DNA of 64,000 bases from Paracoccaceae bacterium (GCA_965221545.1 OZ244901.1:2205891-2269890), one strand, 5' to 3'. Shown: positions 9,326 through 22,457, counted from the stretch's first letter. The notes: generated by a model from the letters alone, not told the origin. Numbers and translations: made by a program.

Positions 9326-10447
9326 ATGGCCAATCTTGTACTTTCGGATGTCGCCAAGTCTTACGGCACCGTCGAGGTCCTTCAGGACATCAACTTGGAC
9401 ATCGAGACCGGCGAGTTGATCGTCTTCGTCGGACCGTCAGGATGCGGCAAGTCGACTCTTCTCCGCATGATTGCCGGCCTTGAGAAGATTTCCGGCGGAA
9501 CGCTCGAGATCGACGGCATGGTGGTGAATGACGTGCCACCCGCCGAGCGCGGCATTGCCATGGTCTTTCAGTCGTACGCGCTCTACCCGCACATGACAGT
9601 GCGCGACAACATGTCGTTCGCCCTCAAGATCGCGAAGATGAGCCGCGAGGAAATAGACGAACGGGTTGAGGCAGCCGCGAGGACCCTGCAGCTCCACAAT
9701 CTGCTGGACAGGCTTCCGAAAGCGCTGTCCGGAGGTCAGCGCCAGCGGGTCGCGATCGGACGTTCCATCGTGCGCGACCCGAAAGTCTATCTCTTCGACG
9801 AACCGCTCTCGAATCTCGACGCGGCGTTGCGCGTGGCAACCCGGATCGAAATCGCGCAACTGAAGGAGTCGATGCCCGAGTCGACGATGATCTATGTCAC
9901 GCATGACCAGGTCGAAGCCATGACGCTCGCGTCGCGCATTGTGGTCCTGGCCGGTGGCGGAATTGCACAGGTGGGTACGCCACTGCAACTCTACGAACGG
10001 CCGGAAAACGAGTTTGTTGCACAGTTCATTGGCTCGCCTGCAATGAACCTGCTGCCGGGCAAGATTTCCGAGACAGGTGCGCAGACCCGTATCGAGCTTG
10101 CCGACGGGGGCGAAGCCGTTTCAGACGTGCCGTCGTTGCCGGAGGACTCGGGAAAGGACGTGAACATCGGCGTGCGTCCGGAAGACTTCGTGGCGACCGA
10201 TGGCCCGCATGTCTTCCAAGGCAAGGTCAGCATCTCCGAGGCGCTCGGCGAGGTGACGATTCTGTATTTCGAACCGGAAGGAGGGGCGGACCCGGTGATC
10301 GCGAAGCTTGCGGGCATACACCGGGACCAACGAGGCAACAATGTTTCGCTCACCGCACACCCGTCCAAGGTGCATGTCTTCCACGACACTCAATCTCTCC
10401 TGTACCGCGACCACCCGGTAAAGCGCATTCCGGTCAAGGCGCATTGA
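9326..10447 (+). CDS. aglK: ABC sugar transporter ATP-binding protein (MalK/UgpC type)
   Basis: Walker A GPSGCGKST, signature LSGGQRQRVAIGR, Walker B VYLFDEPLSNLD, and a C-terminal TOBE-like domain. Confidence 0.88.
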   Translation: MANLVLSDVAKSYGTVEVLQDINLDIETGELIVFVGPSGCGKSTLLRMIAGLEKISGGTLEIDGMVVNDVPPAERGIAMVFQSYALYPHMTVRDNMSFALKIAKMSREEIDERVEAAARTLQLHNLLDRLPKALSGGQRQRVAIGRSIVRDPKVYLFDEPLSNLDAALRVATRIEIAQLKESMPESTMIYVTHDQVEAMTLASRIVVLAGGGIAQVGTPLQLYERPENEFVAQFIGSPAMNLLPGKISETGAQTRIELADGGEAVSDVPSLPEDSGKDVNIGVRPEDFVATDGPHVFQGKVSISEALGEVTILYFEPEGGADPVIAKLAGIHRDQRGNNVSLTAHPSKVHVFHDTQSLLYRDHPVKRIPVKAH

Positions 10448-10671
10448 CGCCGTCTTCGCGGCCGTAGCGCAGTTCGCTTGCCCGCCTTTCCATAGGTCAA
10501 TTTCAGGCAGGCCGGATGCAGGAATTGCGGCCGGATCCGGATTGGATGGGGAAAGGAACGATCCCGGTTCGGCCTGAGGGTGCTCAGGATTCATGGAATC
10601 GGGCGTTTGCTTCCGCGAATTGTCGTGGGAGCCTACTTTTGGCCTTTTGTTTCAGACAGGACATGCAATAA

Positions 10672-12159
<1,488 letters not shown>

Positions 12160-12225
12160 GCAGGACGAGAGTGCCAGGAGCGGCCCGGTCGACGCACCGT
12201 TCGACCAAGGACGGATGAAATCCGC

Positions 12226-13419
12226 ATGACACCGGCAGCGCATGTCGCGGCTGCAGTGGAAGTCCTGGATGCAATTCTCGAAGGTGCGGCCTCCGAAACC
12301 TGCTTGGGTCGCTGGGCACGAAGGAACCGATTTGCCGGTTCCCACGACCGGGCGGCAATACGGGATCTCGTGTTTGACGCGCTAAGATGTCTTCGCTCTC
12401 TTGCCTGGATTGGCGGTGCAAAAGACGGTCGGGGCCTGATGATCGGCCACCTGCGCAGGTCGGGGATTGATCCGGGTGAGGTGTTCACCGGAACGGGATA
12501 CGCACCTGATCCGCTGAGCAAACGGGAAACGCGGACCGCTCGCAGCCTGGAAGAGGCATCCAGCGCGGTGCGGCTCGACTGCCCTGACTGGCTTTGGCCG
12601 CAAATGGCGGATTCGCTTGGTGATGATGCGGAGCCGATCCTTGCACTCATGCAAAATCGTGCGCCCACCTTCCTGCGAATCAACACCGCCCGCACCGACT
12701 TGGCGGCCGCGCAAAGGGCATTGGCCTCGGACGGGATCGAAACGGATTGTCATCCGCTGTGCGGAAATGCGCTTGAGGTTACGGCGAACGCCCGCCGAGT
12801 CCGACAAAGCAAGGCCTTCAGGGCTGGCGTGGTCGAACTTCAGGACGTCGCGTCCCAGGCGATAATTGAATGCCTGCTGCCTTATGCAAGGGGACGACGA
12901 GTGCTGGACTATTGTGCCGGTGGCGGCGGCAAGGCGCTTGCGCTCGCGGCTGGCGGGGCCGACACCGTCACGGCACACGATTCGAATGTTTCGCGCATGG
13001 AGGACATTCCAGTTCGCGCAAAGCGATCCGGAACCCCGATAGACGTCACGGGCGTGCCGCAAGGCAAATTCGACGTCGTGCTCTGCGACGTGCCTTGCTC
13101 CGGAACAGGTGCGTGGCGACGAAGGCCGGAAGCCAAGTGGACGCTTACCGCTGGCAGGTTGGTTGAGCTTTGCAGTCTCCAGGACGTGATTCTTGACGAG
13201 GCCAAGGGATTCATCGCACCAGGTGGAGTGTTGGCCTATTCGACCTGTTCGTTCCTGAACGTCGAAAATGAAGACAGGGTTGGCGCCTTCTTGAAGCGTC
13301 ACGGCAACTGGCGGCAGTTAGGCTCCGAGCGCTTTACCCCTCTTGACGGGGGAGACGGGTTTTTCCTTGCCCTACTTGACCGCAACGGTGAACGCAAAGG
13401 CGCAGATCTCGGGACGTGA
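12226..13419 (+). CDS. RsmB/NOP-family class I SAM-dependent RNA (m5C) methyltransferase
   Basis: SAM motif VLDYCAGGGGKALALA and catalytic DVPCSGTG...YSTCS motifs. Confidence 0.75.
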   Translation: MTPAAHVAAAVEVLDAILEGAASETCLGRWARRNRFAGSHDRAAIRDLVFDALRCLRSLAWIGGAKDGRGLMIGHLRRSGIDPGEVFTGTGYAPDPLSKRETRTARSLEEASSAVRLDCPDWLWPQMADSLGDDAEPILALMQNRAPTFLRINTARTDLAAAQRALASDGIETDCHPLCGNALEVTANARRVRQSKAFRAGVVELQDVASQAIIECLLPYARGRRVLDYCAGGGGKALALAAGGADTVTAHDSNVSRMEDIPVRAKRSGTPIDVTGVPQGKFDVVLCDVPCSGTGAWRRRPEAKWTLTAGRLVELCSLQDVILDEAKGFIAPGGVLAYSTCSFLNVENEDRVGAFLKRHGNWRQLGSERFTPLDGGDGFFLALLDRNGERKGADLGT

Positions 13420-13504
13420 ATGGATGCGGCCTGCCAGTTGGCGGCACCTTGGGGCATGCCCGCTTGGGACCGATTTGTGGGCCGGTCAAAAAAACTCTTG
13501 CAAT

Positions 13505-13519
13505 GTTCCACTTTTGATC
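13505..13519 (+). promoter_or_regulatory. Alphaproteobacterial LexA (SOS) box candidate, GTTC-N7-GATC
   Basis: GTTCCACTTTTGATC lies between a TTGCAA (13497-13502) and a CATAAG (13521-13526) promoter-like pair upstream of recA. It is a one-mismatch fit to GTTC-N7-GTTC. Confidence 0.45.
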
Positions 13520-13535
13520 CCATAAGGTCGTGAAG

Positions 13536-13550
13536 GAACATAATGCAAAC
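13536..13550 (+). promoter_or_regulatory. Second SOS-box-like motif, GAAC-N7-AAAC
   Basis: GAACATAATGCAAAC is a one-mismatch fit to the complementary GAAC-N7-GAAC form, 17 bp after the first box. Confidence 0.3.
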
Positions 13551-13887
13551 TTAAGGAATTATATGCGAATGTCACATGGTTCGATGCTAGCTTTTCGCTC
13601 ACGGTGGAAACGTGGCAAGAAGACCGGGCATGAGGGCGATGCGTTGCCTTTCCAATCTCGGCAACAGAGTTTGAGGGCCATGGCCCTGTTGAACCGTCCC
13701 GCTGAAGTGGCAAACATGACGCGGCGTCCGGGATTGGCGCATCTGCACGGCGAGGAGCGTTGGCGTTGGCCACTTCGACGACCCGTGAAATCAATACGAA
13801 GCCACGATGAGACTTTCGTATATTATTCCCCAAACTCAAGCATCGTTGCCGCCGACCGGCGAAGATGAAATAAAGGAGGCAAGAGCA

Positions 13888-14970
13888 ATGGCCACGGCAG
13901 AACTTCTCGACATGACATCCAGAAAGCAAGGCGAAAGGCAAAAGGCGCTCGATTCGGCGCTGGCACAGATCGAACGCCAATTCGGCAAGGGTTCGATCAT
14001 GAAGCTTGGCGGCGACAACGAGATGCCCGAGATCGAGGCGACATCGACCGGATCGCTGGGTCTCGATATTGCGTTGGGGATCGGGGGACTTCCCAAGGGA
14101 CGGGTTGTCGAGATCTATGGCCCTGAATCTTCCGGCAAGACCACGCTTACGCTGCATTGCGTGGCTGAGGAGCAGAAGAAGGGTGGCGTCTGCGCCTTTG
14201 TCGACGCAGAGCATGCCCTGGACCCGCAATACGCCAAGAAGCTCGGCGTCAATCTGGACGAGTTGCTGATTTCACAGCCGGACACGGGTGAACAGGCACT
14301 CGAAATCACTGACACCCTGGTGCGCTCGGGTGCCGTCAGCATGGTGATCGTCGACTCGGTTGCGGCGCTCACGCCGAGATCGGAGCTTGAAGGCGACATG
14401 GGCGATTCCTCGGTGGGTGTTCATGCCCGCCTGATGAGCCAGGCGATGCGGAAGCTGACCAGTTCGATCGCCCGTTCGAACTGCATGGTGATTTTCATCA
14501 ACCAGATTCGCATGAAGATCGGTGTGATGTTCGGCTCGCCCGAAACCACTACCGGCGGCAATGCGCTGAAGTTCTATTCCAGCGTTCGCCTCGACATCCG
14601 CCGGATTGGCGCGATCAAGGACCGCGACGAGGTTGTGGGCAACGCCACGCGCGTCAAGGTCGTCAAGAACAAGGTCGCGCCGCCGTTCAAGCAGGTGGAA
14701 TTCGACATCATGTATGGGGAAGGCATCTCCAAGACTGGCGAGCTCATCGATCTCGGCGTCAAGGCCGGTGTGGTCGAGAAGTCCGGTGCCTGGTTTTCCT
14801 ATGGCGAAGAACGGATCGGGCAGGGCCGGGAAAACGCCAAGGCCTTCCTGAAGGAAAATGCCGACATCGCGCGTGAAATCGAAGGCAAAATCCGGACTGC
14901 GCATGGCGTCGAATTCGATGCCGAGTTGGACGAAGGCGACGGGCCGGACGAAGTGGCTCTCGAAGCCTAG
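13888..14970 (+). CDS. recA: Recombinase A
   Basis: RBS AAGGAGG 8 nt upstream. [23 protein letters not shown], Walker [10 protein letters not shown], and typical RecA sequence throughout. Confidence 0.97.
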   Translation: MATAELLDMTSRKQGERQKALDSALAQIERQFGKGSIMKLGGDNEMPEIEATSTGSLGLDIALGIGGLPKGRVVEIYGPESSGKTTLTLHCVAEEQKKGGVCAFVDAEHALDPQYAKKLGVNLDELLISQPDTGEQALEITDTLVRSGAVSMVIVDSVAALTPRSELEGDMGDSSVGVHARLMSQAMRKLTSSIARSNCMVIFINQIRMKIGVMFGSPETTTGGNALKFYSSVRLDIRRIGAIKDRDEVVGNATRVKVVKNKVAPPFKQVEFDIMYGEGISKTGELIDLGVKAGVVEKSGAWFSYGEERIGQGRENAKAFLKENADIAREIEGKIRTAHGVEFDAELDEGDGPDEVALEA

Positions 14971-14986
14971 CCGGCAACGTGGATGA

Positions 14987-15017
14987 GAGAGGCGCGCAAT
15001 TCCGTGGCGCGCCTTTC
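14987..15017 (+). terminator. Probable intrinsic terminator of recA
   Basis: Stem GAGAGGCGCGC/GCGCGCCTTTC with a 9-nt loop, followed by a T-rich stretch (TTCACTTC), 17 bp after the recA stop. Confidence 0.55.
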
Positions 15018-15227
15018 ACTTCAAGGGTGACGAGCGGATGAATGTGCGTCCACGCTTCTCCCCACCTTTGTGCATTCAGCGAGTAACAGGCGTACAAATG
15101 TCATGGTCGTGTACCTTTACCAGCCGGACAAGCGAATGAGGTGCTTCTGATTGTCCGTCCCTGCCTGGTGGACAGTGTGGGCGACGATGGATAATCAGGC
15201 GCAACATGTCGATTTCGGATGCCGCCC

Positions 15228-17891
15228 ATGACCAGCCTGAACTACATACGTTCAACCTTTCTCGACTATTTTGAAAAAAATGGCCACGAGGTCGTCGAGA
15301 GCTCACCGCTTGTTCCGCGCAATGACCCGACTTTGATGTTCGTCAACTCGGGCATGGTCCAGTTCAAGAACCTGTTTACGGGCCTGGAAACCCGCGAATA
15401 CTCGCGAGCCGCAACGTCCCAGAAGTGCGTCCGCGCCGGCGGCAAGCACAATGACCTGGACAATGTCGGCTACACAGCCCGGCATCATACGTTTTTCGAA
15501 ATGCTCGGAAACTTCTCTTTTGGAGACTACTTCAAAGACGAGGCCATTCCTCTCGCGTGGAACTTGCTGACGGGTGATTTCGGCATCGACAAGAAGCGCC
15601 TCTTGGTCACGGTCTACCATACGGATGACGAAGCCGCTGACATCTGGCGGAAAATGGGTTTGCCCGAGGACCGGATCATCAGGATCGCGACGGACGACAA
15701 TTTCTGGCAAATGGGGCCAACCGGTCCATGCGGACCTTGCACCGAGATTTTCTTTGATCACGGGGAACACATCTGGGGCGGGCCTCCAGGGTCGCCGGAA
15801 GAGGACGGCGATCGCTTCATCGAGATCTGGAACATTGTCTTCATGCAAAACGAGCAGTTCGAAGACGGATCGATGCGCAAGCTCGAGATGCAGTCGATCG
15901 ATACGGGCATGGGCCTCGAGCGGGTCGGAGCGCTTCTGCAAGGCAAGCACGACAACTACGACACCGACACGATGCGTGCCCTGATCGAGGCAAGCGCCAA
16001 TGCCACGAATGCCGAAGCCGATGGCCCGGAAAACGTGCACCACAGGGTCGTGGCGGATCACCTGCGCTCGACATCGTTCCTGGTTGCCGATGGCGTCATG
16101 CCGTCAAATGAGGGCAGGGGTTACGTCCTTCGCCGGATCATGCGGCGCGCAATGCGTCATGCGCGCATGGCCGGCGCAACGGACCCGGTCATGCACCGTC
16201 TCGTGCCTGCGCTCGTGACAGAAATGGGTCAAGCCTATCCGGCGCTAGCCCGTGCGCAGGCCCTGATCGAGGAAACGCTGAAGAACGAAGAAACGCGCTT
16301 TCTGCAAACGCTGGACCGGGGGTTGCGACTGTTGGACCAGGAACTGGAGCGGCTGCCGGACGATGCTGACCTGCCGGCGGACGCGGCATTCAAGCTTTAT
16401 GACACGTACGGATTTCCGCTGGATCTCACGCAGGATGCCCTTCGCGAAAAGGGCCGCGGCGTCGATACGGAAGGATTCGACGCCGCCATGGAAAGGCAGA
16501 AAGCCCGGGCTCGAGCAGCCTGGGCGGGATCCGGAGAGTCAAGAGACGCGGCAATTTGGTTCGACATTGCCGGAGATATCGAAGCCACGGAGTTTCTTGG
16601 TTACGAAACCGAGGTCGCCGAAGGCCAGATCTTTGCGATCGTTTGCGACGGTGTCTCCGCCGACTCGCTCAGCGATGGCGAATCCGGGTGGGTCGTTACA
16701 AACCAGACACCCTTCTATGGCGAGGCTGGCGGGCAGGTTGGCGACATCGGAACGATGCGAGGCACGGGCGAAGCCAAGGATCTGGCTGATGTTACTGACG
16801 CGCAGCGTTTCGCAGGCGGTCGTATCCTGGGCCATCAGGTCACGGTCAAGAAGGGGACACTGACGACGGGCGATCCGGTCGTGCTGAAAGTCGATCATGC
16901 AAGGCGATCCGCCATCCGCGCCAATCATTCGGCGACACATCTGTTGCATGAATCCCTTCGGCAAGTCCTTGGAGAACACGTGGCGCAAAAGGGATCGCTC
17001 AACGCGCCTGATCGGCTTCGGTTTGACTTCAGCCACCAGTCGGCGCTGACCCTTGACGAATTGAAAGCTGTCGAGACAGAGGTAAACGCGTACATTCGCC
17101 AGAATTCGTCTGTGGAGACTCGGACAATGACGCCCGACGATGCCCGCGCCATCGGAGCACAGGCCCTCTTTGGTGAAAAGTACGGCGACGAAGTGCGCGT
17201 GGTGTCGATGGGTATCGCAAGTACCGGCAAGGGAATCGATGGCAGCACCTGGTCAATCGAGCTCTGCGGCGGCACGCATGTATCGCGCACGGGCGACATT
17301 GGCGTCTTCGTGACACTTGGCGACAGCGCGTCTTCGGCAGGCGTTCGCAGAATCGAGGCGCTGACGGGCGAGGCTGCGTTCAGGTACCTTTCGGATCAGG
17401 ATCATCGGCTTGCGGAAACGGCACTAACGCTCAAGACCCCGCCAGAAGAGGTTGCAACGCGCGTAAAGGCGCTGCAGGCCGAACGTCGCGCTCTTCAGCA
17501 CGAGGTCGCCGAATTGCGTCAGAAGCTAGCCTTGGCTGGAGGGGAAGCCGAAGCGGAAGCGGAGTCAGTTAACGGCATGATGCTTCATGCCCGGACGCTC
17601 AAGGGCGTGGATGGCAAGAGCCTTCCGTCGCTGATCGACGAATACAAGGCGCGCCTCGGTTCGGGAGCCGTGCTCTTGATTGCGGACACGGGGGGAAAGG
17701 CCGCCGTGGCCGCAGGAGTCACCGAAGATCTGATCGAGCGTCTTTCGGCCGTGGACATGGTACGCGTCGCAGTTGCCGAGCTCGGGGGCAAGGGGGGCGG
17801 AGGACGCTCGGACATGGCACGAGGCGGAGCAGCAAGTGCAGACAGGGCCGAGGACGCCATTGCCGCCGTGAGGAAACTCATGGGGGCGTGA
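15228..17891 (+). CDS. alaS: Alanine--tRNA ligase
   Basis: [20 protein letters not shown] start, class II core, editing-domain HSATHLLH motif, C-terminal DHHA1-like domain. Confidence 0.95.
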   Translation: MTSLNYIRSTFLDYFEKNGHEVVESSPLVPRNDPTLMFVNSGMVQFKNLFTGLETREYSRAATSQKCVRAGGKHNDLDNVGYTARHHTFFEMLGNFSFGDYFKDEAIPLAWNLLTGDFGIDKKRLLVTVYHTDDEAADIWRKMGLPEDRIIRIATDDNFWQMGPTGPCGPCTEIFFDHGEHIWGGPPGSPEEDGDRFIEIWNIVFMQNEQFEDGSMRKLEMQSIDTGMGLERVGALLQGKHDNYDTDTMRALIEASANATNAEADGPENVHHRVVADHLRSTSFLVADGVMPSNEGRGYVLRRIMRRAMRHARMAGATDPVMHRLVPALVTEMGQAYPALARAQALIEETLKNEETRFLQTLDRGLRLLDQELERLPDDADLPADAAFKLYDTYGFPLDLTQDALREKGRGVDTEGFDAAMERQKARARAAWAGSGESRDAAIWFDIAGDIEATEFLGYETEVAEGQIFAIVCDGVSADSLSDGESGWVVTNQTPFYGEAGGQVGDIGTMRGTGEAKDLADVTDAQRFAGGRILGHQVTVKKGTLTTGDPVVLKVDHARRSAIRANHSATHLLHESLRQVLGEHVAQKGSLNAPDRLRFDFSHQSALTLDELKAVETEVNAYIRQNSSVETRTMTPDDARAIGAQALFGEKYGDEVRVVSMGIASTGKGIDGSTWSIELCGGTHVSRTGDIGVFVTLGDSASSAGVRRIEALTGEAAFRYLSDQDHRLAETALTLKTPPEEVATRVKALQAERRALQHEVAELRQKLALAGGEAEAEAESVNGMMLHARTLKGVDGKSLPSLIDEYKARLGSGAVLLIADTGGKAAVAAGVTEDLIERLSAVDMVRVAVAELGGKGGGGRSDMARGGAASADRAEDAIAAVRKLMGA

Positions 17892-17974
17892 GGTTTCGCA
17901 TTCGGGAGATGTGAACTGAGCGCCGTTGATGCGTTCGCGGGGTGGACACTGCCGAAATCGATCGGACCAACCGA

Positions 17975-19171
17975 TCAACCTGACACTGCGACGTTTCGCG
18001 CCATGCCTGCGCGATTCCAATAGAATTCAGCAATGACCATTGCCGCCATTTCCAGGGCGGCATCGTCGACCGTCAGTGCAATCCGAACATGTCCGGCTGC
18101 AGCCTTCCCAAAGCTTTCGCCGGGCATGACGGCCACGAGACGCTCTTCCAACAGCGCCTCTGCAAACTCGATGCCGGTCAATCCGGTCGACCTGATGTCA
18201 ACCATGATGTACATCGTTGCCGCAGATGGCACGACGATCAGCTTTTCCCGCGAAAATATGGCATTGACCGCCTTATGGCGTCGCCGGAAAGGCGCCGCGA
18301 TGACGTCTTCCAGTGCAGGACCCTGTTGCAGGGCAAATTCACCGGAGTCCTGCAAGAATCCGGGCAAGCCGTAGTTCGTGTGCGTGGCCAGGTTGATTGC
18401 ATGCCTGACCGCCTCTTCCGGCCCGACAAGCCAGCCAATCCTGCTGCCGGTCATTGCATGGCTCTTGGACAAGGAGCCGGCCACAAGCGTCCGGCTTTCC
18501 ATTCCAGGCAACGCGCGTGGCGATAAATGCTCTCCCTCCCAGACTTGGGTGTCGTAGACTTCATCCGAAATTAGCCACATGTCCCTTTGTCGGGTGAATT
18601 CAGCGATCTCTTGAAGCTTCTCGTGGGAATAGACTGCCCCTGTCGGATTGTTCGGGGAGTTGATCAGGAGTGATCGGGCTTCGCAGGCTTCCTCAAGATC
18701 CGCGATAGAAGGCTGGAATCCCCTTTCGGCACGCGCCGTGACGGCCACGGCCATCGCTCCGGTGGCGCGGATCGTTCCAGGATAGGTCGCGTAGTATGGG
18801 TCGATGTACAACGCCGTGTCTCCCGGGTCGCACGCAATCATGTGAGCTGCAAGGAGCGCCGCCTGTCCGCCAGCCGTGATCACCACGTTATGTCGCTCCG
18901 TGGTCACGCCGGTCATTTCGACAATTCGCTTGGCGACGGCATCGCGAAGCCCGTCGGTCCCGGGAATCGTCGCGTAGCCGGTGTGCCCGCCAGTAGCGGA
19001 GTCATGCATCGCCTTGAGGATCGCCGGGTCTGTCTTTCGATCGTGCTCCCCGATCGTCAGTTCGATGACGGGCAGGCCGCGATCCTTCATGGCGCGGCTC
19101 TTGCGGTAGATGTCCCACCCGTCAGAACCGCCACCGGTCAAGGTCTTGATGCGATGCGAGAGTCTGGTCAT
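17975..19171 (-). CDS. Pyridoxal-phosphate-dependent aminotransferase, class I/II
   Basis: Fold-type I aminotransferase features (LINSPNNPTG, SLSKSHAMTGSRIGW with the PLP lysine). Specificity not determinable by eye. Confidence 0.8.
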   Translation of the reverse strand: MTRLSHRIKTLTGGGSDGWDIYRKSRAMKDRGLPVIELTIGEHDRKTDPAILKAMHDSATGGHTGYATIPGTDGLRDAVAKRIVEMTGVTTERHNVVITAGGQAALLAAHMIACDPGDTALYIDPYYATYPGTIRATGAMAVAVTARAERGFQPSIADLEEACEARSLLINSPNNPTGAVYSHEKLQEIAEFTRQRDMWLISDEVYDTQVWEGEHLSPRALPGMESRTLVAGSLSKSHAMTGSRIGWLVGPEEAVRHAINLATHTNYGLPGFLQDSGEFALQQGPALEDVIAAPFRRRHKAVNAIFSREKLIVVPSAATMYIMVDIRSTGLTGIEFAEALLEERLVAVMPGESFGKAAAGHVRIALTVDDAALEMAAMVIAEFYWNRAGMARNVAVSG

Positions 19172-19295
19172 GCGCTACAAGGTCGGCAACTCGTGCGGCG
19201 TGTCAATCGATTGTTGCCAAGAGAAATCGGCCGTTGAATGAAATCGGCTCGAAAACCCTTTGCACTCCTTGCGGACCGCCGCTATTGTCCGAGCC

Positions 19296-19334
19296 ATGAA
19301 CCGCATCTGCATCATCTGCTGCATTATCCGCTGA
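19296..19334 (+). CDS. Candidate 12-codon Cys/Ile-rich leader peptide (MNRICIICCIIR) upstream of cysS
   Basis: ATG AAC CGC ATC TGC ATC ATC TGC TGC ATT ATC CGC TGA, on the same strand and 88 nt before the cysS ATG. The SD is weak. See findings. Confidence 0.3.
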   Translation: MNRICIICCIIR

Positions 19335-19422
19335 CATCGTTCACGCGGGCCGGTTCTTCTTTACCTTGAAATGACAATGTCGGATCCCGCGAGGGACAGG
19401 TTTGCCCCAAAAAGGTTGACTC

Positions 19423-20823
19423 ATGACGAATATCCAGCTCCATGACACGGCAACACGGACGAAGCGACCGTTGGAACCCCTGGTCACGAATGGGCATCCG
19501 ACGATGTATGTCTGTGGGCCGACGGTTTACGACAGGGCCCATATCGGCAATGCGCGACCCGTCATTGTCTTCGACATGCTCTTTCGGCTTCTCCGTCATG
19601 TATACGGACCTGATCGGGTAACTTATGTTCGGAATTTCACGGATGTAGACGACAAGATAAACGCTCGCGCCGCGGCGGAGAAGCGCCCAATTCGCGAACT
19701 CACAGAAGAGACTACGCAGTGGTATCTCGACGACATGGCCGCCGTTGGCGCGCTCGTGCCGGACGCAATGCCCCGTGCAACTGAATGGATCGAGGAAATG
19801 GTCGAGATGATCGTTGCCCTGATCGAAAGGGGCCATGCATACGAAGCCGAAGGCCACGTGCTCTTTCGGGTACGATCCTGCCCCGGGTACGGAGACCTGT
19901 CCGGGCGTTCCGTCGACGACATGATCGCCGGTGCCCGTGTTGAGGTGGCGCCTTTCAAGGAAGACCCGATGGATTTCGTTCTTTGGAAGCCCTCGGACGA
20001 GCAGACACCGGGATGGAACAGCCCATGGGGTCGCGGCAGGCCCGGCTGGCACATTGAGTGCTCGGCAATGGCAGCGGGTCTGCTCGGAGAGCGTTTCGAC
20101 ATTCATGGCGGCGGCAACGACCTGGTTTTTCCACACCACGAGAACGAGATCGCACAGTCGCGATGCATGGGTCATGAATTCGCGAGACTCTGGATGCACA
20201 ACGAGATGCTCCAGGTCGAAGGGAAGAAGATGGCCAAGTCCCTGGGCAATTTCATCACCTTGCGTGGCCTCTTGGACGGAGACTGGAGCGGTGGCTGGAA
20301 CGTGCCCGGCGAAGTGATCCGATTTGTGTTCCTTTCGACGCACTATCGAAAGCCAATGGATTGGACCGAAGACAGGGCCCGTGAAGCCGAAGTGACGTTG
20401 CGGAAATGGTACGCGATGGTCGAGACTGCTGCAGGCGGCTCGCGGCAGGATGCGGATATTTCCCTTCTTGTGAATGCATTGTCGGATGATCTTAACACGC
20501 ATGAAGCTCTGGCATCGTTGCATCGTTTCGCCGCCAAGGGGGACGTCACGGCATTGGCAGCCGGATTGGAGTTTCTTGGACTGATGATCGACGGCGTGCC
20601 GGATTGGGCTCGAGAGGCGGTGCCGTCCGAAGACGTGACTGAACTGGTCAATGCACTGCTCAAAGAGCGCGCGAGTGCAAGAGCGGCGCGGGACTTCGTG
20701 CGGGCGGACGGCCTTCGCGAAGGCCTTGCGGAAGCCGGCATCGTCATCAAGGACACGTCAGAGGGCGCCGACTGGCACATTGGGCCAGGATTCGACCACG
20801 ACAAACTGGAGGCCCTGAAATGA
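19423..20823 (+). CDS. cysS: Cysteine--tRNA ligase
   Basis: Class I motifs HIGNARP (HIGH) and KMAKSLGN (KMSKS), with zinc-binding Cys residues. Confidence 0.95.
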   Translation: MTNIQLHDTATRTKRPLEPLVTNGHPTMYVCGPTVYDRAHIGNARPVIVFDMLFRLLRHVYGPDRVTYVRNFTDVDDKINARAAAEKRPIRELTEETTQWYLDDMAAVGALVPDAMPRATEWIEEMVEMIVALIERGHAYEAEGHVLFRVRSCPGYGDLSGRSVDDMIAGARVEVAPFKEDPMDFVLWKPSDEQTPGWNSPWGRGRPGWHIECSAMAAGLLGERFDIHGGGNDLVFPHHENEIAQSRCMGHEFARLWMHNEMLQVEGKKMAKSLGNFITLRGLLDGDWSGGWNVPGEVIRFVFLSTHYRKPMDWTEDRAREAEVTLRKWYAMVETAAGGSRQDADISLLVNALSDDLNTHEALASLHRFAAKGDVTALAAGLEFLGLMIDGVPDWAREAVPSEDVTELVNALLKERASARAARDFVRADGLREGLAEAGIVIKDTSEGADWHIGPGFDHDKLEALK

Positions 20824-22457
20824 AATCGGAACGAATCTTTCTGTTCGACACGACACTCCGGGATGGTCAGCAAACCCAGGGTGTCCAGTTCTCGACCGAG
20901 GAAAAGACGGAGATCGCGCATTTGCTTGATGCACTCGGCCTGGACTACATCGAGGGAGGTTGGCCCGGGGCGAACCCAACCGACGACGCCTTCTTTGACA
21001 AGCGTCCGGAGACCCGCGCGACCTTTACGGCATTCGGCATGACAAAGCGGGCAGGGCGTTCCGCGGAAAACTGCGACGTCCTGGCTGCCGTGTTGAATGC
21101 AGGCACGTCCGCCGTTTGTCTCGTCGGCAAGACCCATGACTTCCATGTCGAGAAAGCGCTCGGAATCTCTCTGGACGAAAACCTGCTCGGCATTCGCGAG
21201 AGCATTGCGCATCTTGTCAACAAGGGCCGCGAGGCGATTTTCGATGCCGAACACTTCTTCGACGGCTTCAAGGCAAATCCCGATTACGCGCTCGACTGCG
21301 TGCAGTCTGCCTTCGAGGCAGGAGCCCGCTGGGTGGCGCTCTGCGATACCAACGGGGGCACGTTGCCTCACGAAGTCTCGGAGATCACGTCGGCCGTCAT
21401 CAATGCTGGCATTCCCGGCGACAATTTGGGCATCCATACCCATGACGACACCGGCAATGCCGTCGCGGGCACGCTGGCGGCAGTAGATGCGGGCGCGCGC
21501 CAGATTCACGGTACGCTCAACGGCCTTGGTGAGCGCTGCGGAAACGCGAATCTCACGACACTGATTCCAACGCTTATGCTCAAGGAACCGTACGCAAGCC
21601 GGTACGAGATCGGCGTCAGCAAAGAAGCTCTTGCGCGCCTTACTCGTACAAGTCGTGTTCTGGACGACATCCTGAATCGTGTTCCGCTCCGGTCCGCTCC
21701 ATTTGTCGGGGCGTCTGCCTTTGCCCACAAGGCAGGGCTCCACGCCTCCGCAATTGCGAAGGATCCGAAGACCTACGAGCACGTTGAACCTGCATCGATT
21801 GGAAACGTCCGCGTGGTTCCCATGTCAAACCAGGCTGGCCAGTCGAACCTCATCAAGCGGTTGTCCGAAATGGGCATCCGAGTCGAAAAGGGAGACCCGG
21901 CTCTCTTGGTCATTCTTGGAGAGGTGAAGCGCAGAGAGGCGCTCGGCTATGCCTATGACAGCGCTCAAGCAAGTTTCGAACTGCTTGCGCGCACTGCGCT
22001 AGGCCTCTCGGCTGAATTCTTCGAAGTTGAGCGATACCGCGTGATATCGGAGCGGCGGCGCAATGCACGCGGCGAGATCGTTGTCGAGTCCGAGGCCGTC
22101 GTCACGATTTCGACGGGAAAAGGGCAACAGACGAGCTACTTCAAGAACGAACATGCCCAAGATCTGCATGATGACGGGCCGGTCAACGCTCTTTGGCAGG
22201 CACTCAAGTCGGACCTCGGACCGTTCCAATCGCAGATCGAGGACGTGCGTTTGACCGACTTCAAGGTGCGAATCACTCAAGGTGGCACAGAAGCGGTGAC
22301 CCGCGTCATCATCGATTTTGCGGATAATTCAGGGCGGTTTTGGTCAACAGTCGGCGTGTCCGCGAACATCGTTGATGCCTCATTCGGGGCTTTGCTGGAC
22401 GCGGTGAACTGGAAGCTCGTCCGCGAAGGGGGCGAGATGGACAGAGCTGCCGAGTGA
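20820..22457 (+). CDS. cimA: Citramalate synthase / LeuA-family (long form with C-terminal regulatory domain)
   Basis: [16 protein letters not shown] start, an HMGL-like TIM barrel, and a LeuA-dimer C-terminal domain. ATGA overlap with cysS. Confidence 0.78.
   Translation: MKSERIFLFDTTLRDGQQTQGVQFSTEEKTEIAHLLDALGLDYIEGGWPGANPTDDAFFDKRPETRATFTAFGMTKRAGRSAENCDVLAAVLNAGTSAVCLVGKTHDFHVEKALGISLDENLLGIRESIAHLVNKGREAIFDAEHFFDGFKANPDYALDCVQSAFEAGARWVALCDTNGGTLPHEVSEITSAVINAGIPGDNLGIHTHDDTGNAVAGTLAAVDAGARQIHGTLNGLGERCGNANLTTLIPTLMLKEPYASRYEIGVSKEALARLTRTSRVLDDILNRVPLRSAPFVGASAFAHKAGLHASAIAKDPKTYEHVEPASIGNVRVVPMSNQAGQSNLIKRLSEMGIRVEKGDPALLVILGEVKRREALGYAYDSAQASFELLARTALGLSAEFFEVERYRVISERRRNARGEIVVESEAVVTISTGKGQQTSYFKNEHAQDLHDDGPVNALWQALKSDLGPFQSQIEDVRLTDFKVRITQGGTEAVTRVIIDFADNSGRFWSTVGVSANIVDASFGALLDAVNWKLVREGGEMDRAAE

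Noticed and set aside
13530-13868. 112-aa ORF in the recA upstream region
   Set aside because: It has a basic, low-complexity sequence, no RBS and a poor third-position G+C pattern. The region is more likely the recA leader.
19344-19396. Classical terminator/antiterminator attenuator downstream of the cysS uORF
   Set aside because: Only 4-6-bp stems are present and there is no U-tract, so a standard transcription attenuator cannot be claimed. The uORF observation is kept as inference only.
20343-21782. 479-aa minus-strand ORF across cysS/cimA. The same applies to 10972-12345, 5249-6352, 6376-7716, 22309-23409, 24417-25658, 44023-44952 and 53813-55285.
   Set aside because: All lie antisense to, or out of frame with, genes that carry clear family motifs. 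They are shadow ORFs expected in GC-rich DNA.
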